From contig CP000068.1 in assembly GCA_000002445.1 (NCBI GenBank), positions 608,001-672,000 of the forward strand: a stretch of DNA of 64,000 nt, in the 5' to 3' direction. This document shows, piece by piece, positions 33,497 through 44,843 of this stretch. The translations under genes were made by a program, and so were the position numbers. This DNA is from Trypanosoma brucei. Its lineage: Eukaryota. The notes beneath the pieces are model-generated. The model saw only the letters and a list, made by a program, of their open reading frames with translations. It was not told the origin of the DNA and did no database searches. Numbering within the stretch: position 1 is the stretch's first letter; each line of letters opens with the position of its first letter.

Positions 33497-36106
33497 TTAA
33501 CCTTCGCGGCGCCGGACTACGGCAAAAGACGGCCTTCCATGAGAACAGACGCTGTACTGGCCCACGGCCCTCAATGAATCAACTAACAGTTTTGCGTGCT
33601 CATCCTTGATGCGGTCCCCAAACATTATGGCACCGCGGCAAGAGCGAGTGACGAAGAACTGCAATACAGCCGATGGTATTACTCTGAATTCGTGGTGGCG
33701 CCGGTGTCGTTCACAATTATCGCCCTCCGGGGTGTTCGTGGCGCGGAGGGCGGAAACATGTGATGCAGGGAAAACTGCTGCAATCTCTTCCAGCGTTTGG
33801 CGAAGAGCACAAACGGTGTCTAGCACAAGCCGGTGCCCCTCCAAAGTGAGACAGGGCCATTGTGTAATGGTATCAAAGAGTTTCCTCGGACATGGGGTGT
33901 CCGGAAAATCGATGGTAGCTTCTGGAAAGCAAGCCAAATTTGGTTGCGGTGTGTTGTGTGAGAAGCGCCAGCCCCAACGCTTGAGAGCACCCTCATAAGC
34001 AGCAACGCAATGCCGCATGTCATGAGGTATTTTTACGGGGAAGGTTGTTAAAGACGGTTGCGGCTCCACATACGACTCTGCGTGGGCCAGGAAGTATTCG
34101 AGGCGCAAGCGCTCATGAATAGCGTGCTGATCTGTGATGAACAACTTGGGGGGGATAGGCGAATGTCGACTTTCGGTTGCTGTTGCTCGTGCGGATGGGA
34201 GCCGCTGTTCATTGCACTCTGTCGACGCAGTGTCGTTCAATCCCGCTGCATCGCCCGTGTCAAGCAAGAGAAACTTACGATCCCACTGCGCCAAAAAATG
34301 ATTACCACGAAACGGACAAATAATCGGCTCGTTCTCGTCCGGAGCTTCCCCTCCCCTCCAAACAACGGGGCAACGGAATATCCGGGGCACAATGCACGAC
34401 GGTTTCGGTGCAACTGGCATGGCGGTACGGGCCCGCGGGAGGGTATCAGCCGAGGGCACTGGCTTCATCAACGTATATGGACAGAAGGGCGTCCGGCGGG
34501 GGACCGAGGCAGCGGCGGCATTGATTCCCCCGATTGCGCGACTTGTTGCCGGGACGGAAACTGTGGACGCGAGCTGTCTGGCCAAAAATGACACTCGCAC
34601 CCCAGTGGCCACTGCATTGTGAGACTCTTTACCTTCGGTTTTTGTGAGAACTTTTCTGACGGTGGGGAGGTCATCTTCATCCGAGCCGCGTTTGGGGTTA
34701 TTCCCGTTTGCTCTATGGGGAATCCGACCGACACCTGGAACGTGCTGCTGCACGACCGCCTGAAACATCCGTTTGAGCTGGGCATCCCTTCCCTCCAACA
34801 GCTTCCCGTCCACGAAGACAAATAGGGGATGCAGTGATTTAGGGAGCGTTGCCAAATGACGGTACACGCGGTGCCGTTCATCAACAACGTAACATTCACC
34901 GGAGACCGGGTCCGCGGACAAAATAAGTACGGAACCAAGGCAATTGTAAGCGTGTCTGCAGAGACCGGTACCGACGTGCGTTTCACAATGCGGCGCATGA
35001 TACACCATAGCAAACTTGGCACGTGCTACAACAACTTCTCGAAGGCACAAAGTTTCCGCGTTGTTTCCAAGTCCCAACGCCACGGCCAACTGGCTGAGGT
35101 GCGGCAGGAAAGCTTGCAACAAACGGTAAACGGTAGAAAGGGTTTCCGATTCCCCACCTGCGTGGGCGTACTCGCGCTTCCGTTTGACCAACGAATCTAC
35201 CCCCGCCCCATCGCCCGATCTTGAAGCCCCTATGAACACTACACTGGCTGTATCGTATGCTGCTCTTCCCCCCTCGGCGATGACATCGCTTAGGCGAAGG
35301 TACACTGAGGTGGCCCGACGCCCCCCTCCCTGTGGTAAGAGATAAAAAGGTGCCAAGATCCGCTCCGCGGCCACGCGATACGCAACCATAACCACTGCCT
35401 GCCGTTCGCTTCGCATCCGATTGTTGAAACCCCCGCGTGATTGGAGTGCAATGCGGCGTCGCACAGGCATGTTGCAGAAGAGGCCGATAACCTCACACTG
35501 TAACTTGATCAGTGAGGAACATTTGGCGATGCGGTCGGCACACGAACATCGACACCACTGTTCAGCTCGTTCTCCAATGGGGATAAGAACTTCCGACAAA
35601 ACGTCTTTCCCTTTCAGTGGTGAACAAGAGGTCCAGCGACCTTCGTAGAGCACGCATGCGTGATGCGGGGGCGAGGGGACTCCAGCACGCGAGCGCTCTG
35701 CTAGAACTTCGACATTAACTCGCAACTTAACCTCTTGACTTACCACTGTCAAATGCGCGAGGGAAGCGGCATCGATTGCGTCGTCGCCCTCGAGCGATAT
35801 TTGTTTAACATTTTCGACTCTACTACAGCATGGGGGGAGCTCAAACAGCAGATCCAGCAGAAAGTTTAGGTCGCGCGGGTCCGCCACAACCCGAATGTGA
35901 CGCGCCACACTCCCTACACCGAGCAAGCGAAGGAATTGATACGCAGCTTCCACAGCAACAGCGAACGTCGGCAAATAGTGCGCAGCGCGTACTCTCGCTG
36001 CGTCAAATGCACCCAATGGCTCAATGGTGGTACATATACCGCGTTCCGGTGTGCATGCAGACGGAGGAAATGGGGATCCTCCGCGAAATTTCGTTTCCAT
36101 CAGCAT
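33497..36106 (-). CDS. MLH3: MutL-family mismatch-repair/crossover endonuclease, MLH3-like (C-terminal endonuclease domain); the N-terminal ATPase is not recognisable
   Basis: 869 aa ORF. The metal-binding endonuclease motif DQHAIHERLRLE matches the MutL DQHA(X)2E(X)4E motif and closely resembles human MLH3 DQHAAHERIRLE. Downstream, SCRGAIMFGD matches MLH3 ACHGAIKFND, and the C-terminal CSHGRPSF matches the MutL CxHGRP motif. Confidence 0.75.
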   Translation of the reverse strand: MLMETKFRGGSPFPPSACTPERGICTTIEPLGAFDAARVRAAHYLPTFAVAVEAAYQFLRLLGVGSVARHIRVVADPRDLNFLLDLLFELPPCCSRVENVKQISLEGDDAIDAASLAHLTVVSQEVKLRVNVEVLAERSRAGVPSPPHHACVLYEGRWTSCSPLKGKDVLSEVLIPIGERAEQWCRCSCADRIAKCSSLIKLQCEVIGLFCNMPVRRRIALQSRGGFNNRMRSERQAVVMVAYRVAAERILAPFYLLPQGGGRRATSVYLRLSDVIAEGGRAAYDTASVVFIGASRSGDGAGVDSLVKRKREYAHAGGESETLSTVYRLLQAFLPHLSQLAVALGLGNNAETLCLREVVVARAKFAMVYHAPHCETHVGTGLCRHAYNCLGSVLILSADPVSGECYVVDERHRVYRHLATLPKSLHPLFVFVDGKLLEGRDAQLKRMFQAVVQQHVPGVGRIPHRANGNNPKRGSDEDDLPTVRKVLTKTEGKESHNAVATGVRVSFLARQLASTVSVPATSRAIGGINAAAASVPRRTPFCPYTLMKPVPSADTLPRARTAMPVAPKPSCIVPRIFRCPVVWRGGEAPDENEPIICPFRGNHFLAQWDRKFLLLDTGDAAGLNDTASTECNEQRLPSARATATESRHSPIPPKLFITDQHAIHERLRLEYFLAHAESYVEPQPSLTTFPVKIPHDMRHCVAAYEGALKRWGWRFSHNTPQPNLACFPEATIDFPDTPCPRKLFDTITQWPCLTLEGHRLVLDTVCALRQTLEEIAAVFPASHVSALRATNTPEGDNCERHRRHHEFRVIPSAVLQFFVTRSCRGAIMFGDRIKDEHAKLLVDSLRAVGQYSVCSHGRPSFAVVRRREG

Positions 36107-37465
36107 GCTATCCTGTAATAATGTGCCTGGGGATGGAATTTAACAGTGAAATTGGGGTGAGAATGCGAGTACAAACACCAAGGCGGAACGATTACTTATT
36201 TAGGAGGCAGAAGGAGCAAGTCATCCGGTGATGTGACCCTTCCCCCTATTAACCCTTCACCGCTTTCATTCCCAGTAGGGGAAGGATTGTGCCGGTAGCA
36301 GCTTCACGCCGACCACACTTTCGCACTCACCCACTAAAAACTCCATATACTGAAGGGGTGCGGGGCTGATTGAAAAAAATCGCTATTGCCCCCATATCGC
36401 AGTAATGCGTTCCGGAACAGTTTTACTAGAGAAAAATCTAATATCGATAATACCACGCCGAACTCTAGCGAAAACAATAATCATAAAACACGGCTCGACC
36501 ACCGCAACGCGCGGCCCGACGCTCCGCCAAGAGGGGTGCAAGTTCCCAGGAGACGAACGGGGCCCAGGAACCACCGGAACAAATGGAAAGCCCACCCCCC
36601 AAATATCCAATGTAGCCCAAGCTCCCCCAAACTACATGGATACGCGTTTCCTCGGCGACCAATCATGCGTCCACCCCGGCGTCCGCCTTGAGGCGTGGGT
36701 CTTGATCACGAGGCTCGCCTGGCAGTTTAGCCAGCGCTGCGGGATCCTTGTTCTCCCAGCTTCCGGGAAAGAAAAAACGGACACCGAAGATGGTGAGGAA
36801 ACCCGTTCCCCTCAGTGTCAGAGAATGAAAACAACGCTTTGGTACGTGTGACAAGTGATCCTTTTGGTAAAACACGAAGGAGAGGGCGGTCGTGGCGTTT
36901 TGTCTGCTGCGACCCGGGCCCCCTCGCCTGTCTCGAACTGTGTCGGGCTTGGGAAGGAGGAAGGGCCAAATGAAGCGAGACGACCCAATTTGTTAGCGGG
37001 TTCTTCTGGGGTTGGCCAGATGATGTTTCTGGTCCAAGTCGCGCAACCACAGTGGCATCAATGCTGTGAGCCTTGCTTTAGACAGTTTGTCAACGATTGG
37101 CACGTGTTAGATCGGATCAGGTACGGCAGATACAGCGTTTTTCCTAGGGGCTAGTATCTCATCTTCCTAGAATGCCCCAATTTGTCGCAGCCGTCTACAG
37201 AGGGTAGGCTCTCACCAAGGGTTTTAACGGGGTGGATTGAGGAAGGAGTTTGAGCCCAAATGCAAAAAAGCAGAGGATGTGAGGTAGGGATGGATTTCTA
37301 CGGAGAGTAGGGAACCGAAGGAAGACGACCTGCAACGGTAAGCATTTGTTGCTTCGCTGAGTATAACAATCAAAGCGCAGAAAACGTTTGGAAAAGAGGT
37401 GAAGCGCAATGTTGCGCAGTTTGCCCGCGCTCCGTTCACTCGCGTCGGTCGGCTACCCATGCCCT

Positions 37466-38719
37466 TCAACCGCCGTCGTGGCCCCGTCTCTTGCGCCGCC
37501 GATCGTTTTCCCTTAGCTGCAATTCATCAAAGTGGCGCTCCGCCACCTCATCGGCCGAGGGCCCCACATCATCCTCTTTGAAAGCCAGAGTTGCTGGGGG
37601 AGCCACGCCATCACTCTCACCATCTCCCCGTTCCCTCAGCTCCCGCTCCTTCCGCCTCGTTCGCGCTATGTTCAACTTTTTCTTCAGTCTTTCTGCCTCA
37701 TGCTCCGCTTCTTCCACGCTGTCAAAAAGCCCCGTACGGTTAAGCAAGCGGTGTAGACGGACGTTGCATTCGTAATCGAGCGCCTTCTTTTGGGTCTGCC
37801 ACATATGGCGCCGCTCTTCCACATCAACGCCTGTAAAGGCGAGTCGATACTCATGAACTTCGGCAGTGCACGTCGCCCCATGTTTGCCGTGACTCGGCGG
37901 GTAGTCCTGAATGCGAAAGAGCGCGCGCATGGGCGCCGTGTGGTTCACCAGAATGCTTTTGCACAAGCTCGTTATGCTTATGCCCAACCAGGTGGGTGCT
38001 ACATGTGGTGGGAGAAAGCCAGCAAAACTTGTGACAAACTGCGCGGAGAGGGTAATGACTGTAAAAACACCCCACGCTCCAGTCACATATCCCTTTCCTC
38101 GCCGAATCCAGGCGTCCAATCCGTCACTGAAGCCCATGCGTCGCTGCAAGTGGTCCCGTATGCTGATGAGTGTGAGGGTGGCAGCGAAACAAAGAGTGGG
38201 GTCAACCACTGTGCCCATTAGTCGGAATGACAGAGGAGATGTAACGGAAACGACGGCGAGGTGGTCACTGAGTTGTTGCGCGGGAGAACAGAAACTGTAC
38301 CACGTCATCAAAACTGCGACAGCATGGGGAAGGACAAGGCGAACGTTATCAACATGATGGCTACGAAATATGCGATTACGATCATTTTTTAGTTTCTGCG
38401 CCGCAACCTTCTTCTCCCAAAAAATAGCACGCGGGTGATCAACGATGGTTTTGTACTGCTCGTGTGCCTCCTGCAACTCGGGAAGCGCACACGCCGCGCG
38501 GGCAACGCAGCGGTCACCGTATATGCTGGCTGCGAGAGAAATGAATCGAAACACGACACCGCCAACCAATAACACACCGAACACATCGTGTATACTCAAG
38601 GCGTTCGCCGCGAAGAGAGCTAAGTTAGCCAGAATAGTAGACGTTGTTCCTATGCGACGCCTCACAGTGCAGCGAAACATTTGTAATCCACTATTCGACG
38701 CGCCCCGTGAGTTGTCCAC
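37466..38719 (-). CDS. hypothetical multi-pass membrane protein with a charged/coiled-coil C-terminus
   Basis: 417 aa ORF. It has several hydrophobic segments of 20-23 aa (LANLALFAANALSI..., AVAVLMTWYSF..., AWGVFTVITLSAQFVTSFAGFL, WLGISITSLC) and a Lys/Arg/Glu-rich tail. Same strand as its neighbours. Confidence 0.5.
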   Translation of the reverse strand: MDNSRGASNSGLQMFRCTVRRRIGTTSTILANLALFAANALSIHDVFGVLLVGGVVFRFISLAASIYGDRCVARAACALPELQEAHEQYKTIVDHPRAIFWEKKVAAQKLKNDRNRIFRSHHVDNVRLVLPHAVAVLMTWYSFCSPAQQLSDHLAVVSVTSPLSFRLMGTVVDPTLCFAATLTLISIRDHLQRRMGFSDGLDAWIRRGKGYVTGAWGVFTVITLSAQFVTSFAGFLPPHVAPTWLGISITSLCKSILVNHTAPMRALFRIQDYPPSHGKHGATCTAEVHEYRLAFTGVDVEERRHMWQTQKKALDYECNVRLHRLLNRTGLFDSVEEAEHEAERLKKKLNIARTRRKERELRERGDGESDGVAPPATLAFKEDDVGPSADEVAERHFDELQLRENDRRRKRRGHDGG

Positions 38720-39809
38720 TTATGGCTGCAACGGAACGTTCTCCCCGTACCCGTTACTTTCTCTCGACCGTGCCGAGAACACCCTACACCACCGAGAATT
38801 GTTTTGATTGACGGTAGAAAGCGAGTCAAAAGATAAGAGGACGGAGGTTTATAATGACATACGGGCGCGGCAAAACACACTACCGGTGCACAATTCCCCT
38901 TACCAACAATAGAGATGGGAGTTCATATAACGAACTGTACGCAGTGGCGAAGCAATACCTGGAATCTCGAGACCAATGAATGTGAGAACATTTGTCTATA
39001 CACAAACCGACACATTAATGGGCGCGTGGAAAGGGAAAGTTGAACACAAAACAAATGGATATATGGGGGAGTAGGTGATTTGACACATTTTCGTGGGAGG
39101 AGAAAGAACTTGGGTAGAATGGGAAAAAATACAAATGGAAATCAGTGTACGAATCGATCAAGTTTCACTGTTTTCAATCGCAGGGTCCCTGCGTCCAAAG
39201 GTGTCCTAAGCTTAAAATTCATCACATCAAACTGTTAGCTGCAGCAAAAAGCATCGTATATGCTGAGGTAGACAGCCGTTCAAAGGGGGGAAAAAGGAGC
39301 GAAGGTCATTCTGGAGCAACGTCGCCGACATTAGGACCATGCATCAGATCCCATAATTTCTCACACACTGTTGTGAGGTGTCGGAAATGGAGGTTCAAGA
39401 AAGTTTCAAATGTAAAATAACTAGGGGAACTGCCGTAAAGAAACTAGATAGGATTGAAAAAGAGCACCATTGTTGTTGCATATTGCAAAGCACTGCAAAG
39501 CGGAGAGGGCGCCAGTTCAATAAATCATTTGGCGGTGAACACAAGTAGGCGGAAGTATAGAGGGCCTTACGGTAAAGGGGGGGGTGAAACTTCACAAGCC
39601 CGCGGTAAGAGTGGGCAAAAAGCCATACCGCCGTGCCCCATGATAGTGTATTTGTACCGTCTCCGAAGAAAAAAGAGAAAAAAAACGTATTTTCCTGTTG
39701 GAAACAGAACCGACAAGATTCGTGCTGGTGTGAGTTCCTCCCTACCGTACAACCCACCGTGTCCTTTTCCATCAGGGAAGAAATGAGAGAACCCGATGTT
39801 TTGTTTCCG

Positions 39810-40793
39810 TTAAATGCGGTTAAGTAAACAACGGTTGAGACCTTCGTGTAGAAGCCGCTCCCTCTGCTTCATATTGTCCCGCCATCGACAGCGCTCGTTA
39901 GCCGATACACTACTGCCAACACTACCGCACTCGCTCGCCGCCTCAACGAGCTCTTTTCCAAAAGGGTCGCTCAAACCGCTTGGCGTCGCGTTTCCCGGTC
40001 CAGAAGTAAGCAGCTCATCCAGCACAACTCGAGTGTCGGACGTCGGCAACGTGTCTATGCCACACGTGCCCATGCTGCGCCTCGTCATGTCTTTCGCGTA
40101 AAAGAATCGCATGGCTTCATCATCGCTTTCACTACCCTCCAGTGAGCAACAATTCCTCTCAACGCTCAGCTCCTGCGACAGGTTTTTCATCTCGTTGCTT
40201 AGCAACTCCAATGGTTCTGACAACAGCTTCCGCACATCCTCCAACTCCTTTGCGATCATTTGCCGAGCTTCAGCATTAATCGTTCTTTTCTCCTCTGCTA
40301 CCTCATCACTGGTTGGATCCCTCAGCCCCGCCGCCTTCGCTAGGGTGTCTGCACCGTGCAATATTTTTCGCGCCTCATCAGCAAAACTCTGGCGCTTGCG
40401 TGACCAATGGCAAATCGCTGCAACACGCCTCTGCTCAACAGCGTTCAGTTCCTTGTCTATGAGCAACACGTCGCGCCTGAGTTCCTGCAGCCCCTTCAAC
40501 TTCTGTTCTCGCTGCTGCTTCAGGTGCTCCAGCGCCCTGCCAAGGGCCAGCATGTGCTCTGCCCTTGGTTGCTCATATTCATCCCGTAAACGTTGAAGGA
40601 GGGTGTTTGCATTACGAAGAAGCGCGGAGGGAAAGTATTGCGTTGCCAGAGAAAGCGGAATGCGACTGTGCCCGGTGTGTGGTCCAACCAAGAGGGACAA
40701 GGCACTACAAGAGGTGTGGCAGTTTGTGCAATAAAAATCCTCAACTTCACCGGGGAATAACGGGCACGGGAAATAGCGTAGTGCCGCCATCAA
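39810..40793 (-). CDS. hypothetical protein with an N-terminal B-box-like Cys/His zinc-finger signature and a coiled-coil
   Basis: 327 aa. The N-terminus CPLFPGEVEDFYCTNCHTSCSALSLLVGPHTGH follows a C-x11-C-x2-CH-x2-C-x9-H-x2-H pattern. A long heptad-like charged region follows (LKQQREQKLKGLQELRRDVLLIDKELNAVEQRR). Confidence 0.45.
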   Translation of the reverse strand: MMAALRYFPCPLFPGEVEDFYCTNCHTSCSALSLLVGPHTGHSRIPLSLATQYFPSALLRNANTLLQRLRDEYEQPRAEHMLALGRALEHLKQQREQKLKGLQELRRDVLLIDKELNAVEQRRVAAICHWSRKRQSFADEARKILHGADTLAKAAGLRDPTSDEVAEEKRTINAEARQMIAKELEDVRKLLSEPLELLSNEMKNLSQELSVERNCCSLEGSESDDEAMRFFYAKDMTRRSMGTCGIDTLPTSDTRVVLDELLTSGPGNATPSGLSDPFGKELVEAASECGSVGSSVSANERCRWRDNMKQRERLLHEGLNRCLLNRI

Positions 40794-41180
40794 CGCCGCC
40801 TTTAAAGAGAGTATCTAGGTGCGCGTGTATATGTGCGCGTGGGTTTATAGGCTTAAATCTATCTTTTTTCTATGATTCCAACAGCCAGCGCCGTTGTTCC
40901 TCTCGAATCTAACGAATGTAAGGCCTCGAAAGTTAAGTAGGAGAGAAAAATTAAACAACAGCTATAATAAGGGCAGTGAAGTAAATTAAAGTGAGGTGTC
41001 AACCTAAGTGGACGTTGCGTTGGCACGTGGGTAACGGATACAAAGGGTTGCATGCACGCTCAGCTACAGCGCAAACGCTATAAGCGCCAGGTTACTGCGG
41101 TCAGTTGTTAACACCTCTCTTTCTCTTGCACTCTTTCAGGTTTTAGACGACAGTCTTCACCGAAGCAGCTAAGTAAAAAA

Positions 41181-42290
41181 CTATCGAGTCCGCTCTCGCT
41201 TACGCCCCCCACTTTTCCTCCCTAAATCGGCACCATCAACAACCACATCACGCGAGGCGGTGGAAGCACCTGTCCCCCATTTTCCACTACGATGCACCCA
41301 ACTAATGCGTGTTACTCGGACGGGCATACCCAAATCGCTCGGTCCCTCCCCAACGACTTCTGTTGACGTCGACCATTTGTATGACCCCCGCATCCGCAAT
41401 AGCGCTTCCTCCATTGTTTCGTTTCCCTCTGGTCCCACCGCACTGTTGGCAGGTGGTGGCAACTTCGCATTCTCCTGCTGGAGGAGATTCAAGAAATCCC
41501 CTTCCACATCATCCACTCGTTGCTCACAAAAGTTTATCACTTCACAACGAGGGTTCGCTGCTAGTATTTCCGACAACGTATATAACAACTGTGGCCAGCT
41601 TTTCGGGTTTCCGTAGAGGGCGTCACAGAGTACAACAAGGTCTACATGATCGAGCAACCGCTGCATTTCGACGAATGCGGGAGAGGGTAAGAGGTACGGT
41701 GAGCGCCCTCTCTCGTTTTGTGCGCTCGGCACGTCTGCATTTGAAGAATGTTGCCGCGCATTATTAATTTTGACCCGCTTAGCATTATGCTTTTGCTTCA
41801 CCAGAGGCGGCGGACCCCACCTCCAGGTCATTGCAACACAACTTCCCTTTCCATTGCTTCGTGAGAGAATTCTCTCCTTATTTAACTCAATATTCTTTTC
41901 CATGAGTGGCACAAGTTCCTTCATGTCAGTGATTACCACGCGCGCACCCGCCATCGCGAGCCCAATACCCAAACAGCCGACCCCCGCCCCGAGCTCCACC
42001 ACATGACACGCCTTGTCGTGGTTCTGGAGGACGTGTTTCTGCAGGTGGCCCATCGCAACTGAGTTGCTGTTCCACAACACGGCACCGAGTTGGTCTTCTG
42101 CATCTTCCAGGAGGTGCTGCAATTCGGGTTGGACTTTCCCGCCTTGTCCCACCTTGTGGTGCAGTTTCTGAGACTCCGCGGTGTTGTCGCTGCTCTCACC
42201 GTCGTCCTGCCCTTCTGGCACGGCCCAATGTATAGTGGCTATATTGCCAAACGGCCCTTCCACCTCTTTCACGACCCATTGGAGCATCAA
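41181..42290 (-). CDS. class I SAM-dependent methyltransferase, METTL21/FAM86-like putative protein-lysine methyltransferase
   Basis: 369 aa. The motif HVVELGAGVGCLGIGLAMAGARVVITDM is the motif I/post-I signature of seven-beta-strand lysine methyltransferases, and the upstream WNSNSVAMGHLQKH is typical of that family. Confidence 0.7.
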   Translation of the reverse strand: MMLQWVVKEVEGPFGNIATIHWAVPEGQDDGESSDNTAESQKLHHKVGQGGKVQPELQHLLEDAEDQLGAVLWNSNSVAMGHLQKHVLQNHDKACHVVELGAGVGCLGIGLAMAGARVVITDMKELVPLMEKNIELNKERILSRSNGKGSCVAMTWRWGPPPLVKQKHNAKRVKINNARQHSSNADVPSAQNERGRSPYLLPSPAFVEMQRLLDHVDLVVLCDALYGNPKSWPQLLYTLSEILAANPRCEVINFCEQRVDDVEGDFLNLLQQENAKLPPPANSAVGPEGNETMEEALLRMRGSYKWSTSTEVVGEGPSDLGMPVRVTRISWVHRSGKWGTGASTASRDVVVDGADLGRKSGGRKRERTR

Positions 42291-42650
42291 CTGTGAGAAG
42301 CCTTAACGGCCTACGTAGGATAAGTACAGAGAGAGATGAGGTCAAAGGAAATACCCTTCGAACAAACTATACCCGAACATGAAGCAGCCTTTCTTCACAC
42401 GAGGAGTGTTTAGTGGTGCCGGCTGCGGGACTCGCTGACGGACTGAGGGCCTCAAAAGAAAGGACCAGTGAGTCTCTCTCAACATGCTGTTAGCAATTAA
42501 ACAACTCTTCTTTAGGCAAACCTAACTAACGAGACGGCGGATGGGTCTTAATCTACTCAGTCCACCGAACGCAACAACCAAAGGCAATGCAGCCCATTTA
42601 CACTTACATGTACCACTTCCCGCACACGAGCTTACTGCACCTGCCTTACA

Positions 42651-44843
42651 TTAGCTGACCTGTTTGTTGCGGAACTCTTCCTGCAGGGTGCGCTCCTTCT
42701 GCTCCACTGCCTCCAACTGGCTAGCGACACACTCAAGCCGCCTCTTCATTTCCCTTTGTTCTGCCCTGCGCACCTCAGTGTAAAAGATGAGCTTTCTCTG
42801 TGCTTCCCGCAGCCGTTCACTCCAAAAAAGGCAAATGCTCTGGACCAACCGATGTATGCCGCAGCCGTAACCCTTGGCACCGTACTTCGCTGCAGTGCCG
42901 GACGCAGTGGGGCAAACATACGTATAACCGGAGCGGGGCGAGAAGCAAACACTTATTATACGTTCAGGGCATTTTACCCCCGGCTTTCCTGACCCCACCG
43001 ACTCCGAACACTCCGAGACGAGCGCTTCGACCTGCCCCCTTTGCTGGTGCAACTGATTGTCAAGTTGGATGATGGCTTCACTCGCTTTCACGGATCTCCA
43101 TAGATCAGGGTCAGACTCCTCTTGGCATTCTGCAACTTTAGAGACCTGCTCATCCAGCACACCTCCACCCCTTCGCAACCCCAGGGAGGCAGCACCAACG
43201 CCCTTCCTTTGTTGCGTGATCGCTCCAGGACCATTCACACACCCTTTTCGAGCAGCACTCCCATGCAGCAGCAGTTGTGTTGTTATACCGAGCTGATTCG
43301 CAATGAGGGCGTACACAAGTTGCCTTGTGGTTCCATCGCCCAAATCATCATTCACCACCTCGTTCACACCTTGGCACTGCTCATAACTGTCGCCACGGCT
43401 CCTTTTGCTGTGAAGAAACATGTGGCGTCCTACGGCCGCGACGCGCCGTTTTGCTTCACCAAGAAGGGTGCGACCACTCGGTGAGGTGAAGTCCAAAAGA
43501 ACTGGCGTGTCGCCGACTGATCCCACTGAGGGGCGCGACGAGGACCTCCCAAAGTCTTCACTAGCAGGAGCCGATGGTACCTCCTTGAGCCCCTCCTCTG
43601 CTTCATGGTTGCCAGGAAATGGGTCTGGAAGGTCACCGAACAAAGTATCGATGTTTGTTTCTGTTCCAGCGACGAGCTTGCGCGATTCATCAACCACACG
43701 TGGCAAGGAGGCAAAAAGATCGTCAAGATCCACACGCTCGTGACCAACGGAAGACGGGTCAGCATCACTTCTAGGTTCACCAACACTGCAGCCGCTGCCG
43801 GTGCTCTTAGACACCCACTCGAGTGAAGCCACAACCTTATTATTTTCCAACTGTGGTGTGAGGGAAGCTGCACCGGCGCTTGCAACACGCAACAAGTTCA
43901 AGTTTAAACCGGTAGACGACGCACCTTTCGGCGGCGGTAGGCCTGCATCTGAGTCAACGGTGCTGCGAAGCTCCTTGACAAGAACGCGCTGTTTCGGCTG
44001 TATCCCAGCAGCCCTTTTGTCTGTGCCAAGATCGATTGGCTGAAATTTTCCTTTTGTCGAGGCAATTGACTCTTCACCTTCACCGCCTTCCCCGATGTCC
44101 TCCGTAATGCTGTCCACAAGATATGCCTCACTCGGTCCGGAACGATCCTCCATCATGGCTCGTTCCATCCGCTTCTTCGCCCTGGCCGACAACGTGCCGG
44201 ATTCGATAGCCTCGCGGTTACTTTGGAGTTTAGCCAGGAAGCTTGTGTGCTCCAGCTGTTTCCTGCGCTCTTTGCGCAGCCCCTTTTTCCCATCTTGATT
44301 GGCCAATCGGCTCATGGCAAACTCGACCATCTCCTTCTCAGACGCTTCCATGTTTACAGCGTCTGGACGAGCGGTGCGCGTCTCGATACCCCTGTGGACC
44401 CCGCGCTGCCGCTTGCGCTCCTCAAGAAACTCTCCTAAGGTAAGGGAAGCACTGTTTCTGGACTCGCTGGACTCCTGCTGCCGCCTATACTCTAGTGCGT
44501 CAAGCAGGGAGTGATATTGCTCCTCGCACAACCACGCCGGCCTGTTCATACCACAACGACGTGACACTTCTTGAGATATCAGACTCCATTGGTTTGGAAA
44601 GAGCGACTGCAGTTGGACAAGGTTCTCCTCTTCCTCCGCCGTCCACGCTTCGTTAATGTTTAGCCGAGGGTCGAGAAAATTTTCCCAGCGCTCCCGGCAC
44701 TGGGTTGCAGTTTTTTTTACCAGCGTTGAGGCCACGCGTTCCCAGTTCTGCAGTCCATACACCGTAAGAGACGCACGGAGTACCTGATCTTCACTGTTTG
44801 TCCACGCACCTCCCTTGAAGTGTAGGCGCGTCATTTCCTCCAA
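42651..44843 (-). CDS. CDC5: CDC5/Cef1-like Myb-domain pre-mRNA splicing factor (PRP19/NTC complex component)
   Basis: 730 aa. The N-terminus carries two tandem Myb/SANT repeats with CDC5-specific spacing: KGGAWTNSEDQVLRASLTVYGLQNWERVASTLVKKTATQCRERWENFLDP followed by EAWTAEEEENLVQLQSLFPNQWSLISQEV. Confidence 0.8.
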   Translation of the reverse strand: MEEMTRLHFKGGAWTNSEDQVLRASLTVYGLQNWERVASTLVKKTATQCRERWENFLDPRLNINEAWTAEEEENLVQLQSLFPNQWSLISQEVSRRCGMNRPAWLCEEQYHSLLDALEYRRQQESSESRNSASLTLGEFLEERKRQRGVHRGIETRTARPDAVNMEASEKEMVEFAMSRLANQDGKKGLRKERRKQLEHTSFLAKLQSNREAIESGTLSARAKKRMERAMMEDRSGPSEAYLVDSITEDIGEGGEGEESIASTKGKFQPIDLGTDKRAAGIQPKQRVLVKELRSTVDSDAGLPPPKGASSTGLNLNLLRVASAGAASLTPQLENNKVVASLEWVSKSTGSGCSVGEPRSDADPSSVGHERVDLDDLFASLPRVVDESRKLVAGTETNIDTLFGDLPDPFPGNHEAEEGLKEVPSAPASEDFGRSSSRPSVGSVGDTPVLLDFTSPSGRTLLGEAKRRVAAVGRHMFLHSKRSRGDSYEQCQGVNEVVNDDLGDGTTRQLVYALIANQLGITTQLLLHGSAARKGCVNGPGAITQQRKGVGAASLGLRRGGGVLDEQVSKVAECQEESDPDLWRSVKASEAIIQLDNQLHQQRGQVEALVSECSESVGSGKPGVKCPERIISVCFSPRSGYTYVCPTASGTAAKYGAKGYGCGIHRLVQSICLFWSERLREAQRKLIFYTEVRRAEQREMKRRLECVASQLEAVEQKERTLQEEFRNKQVS

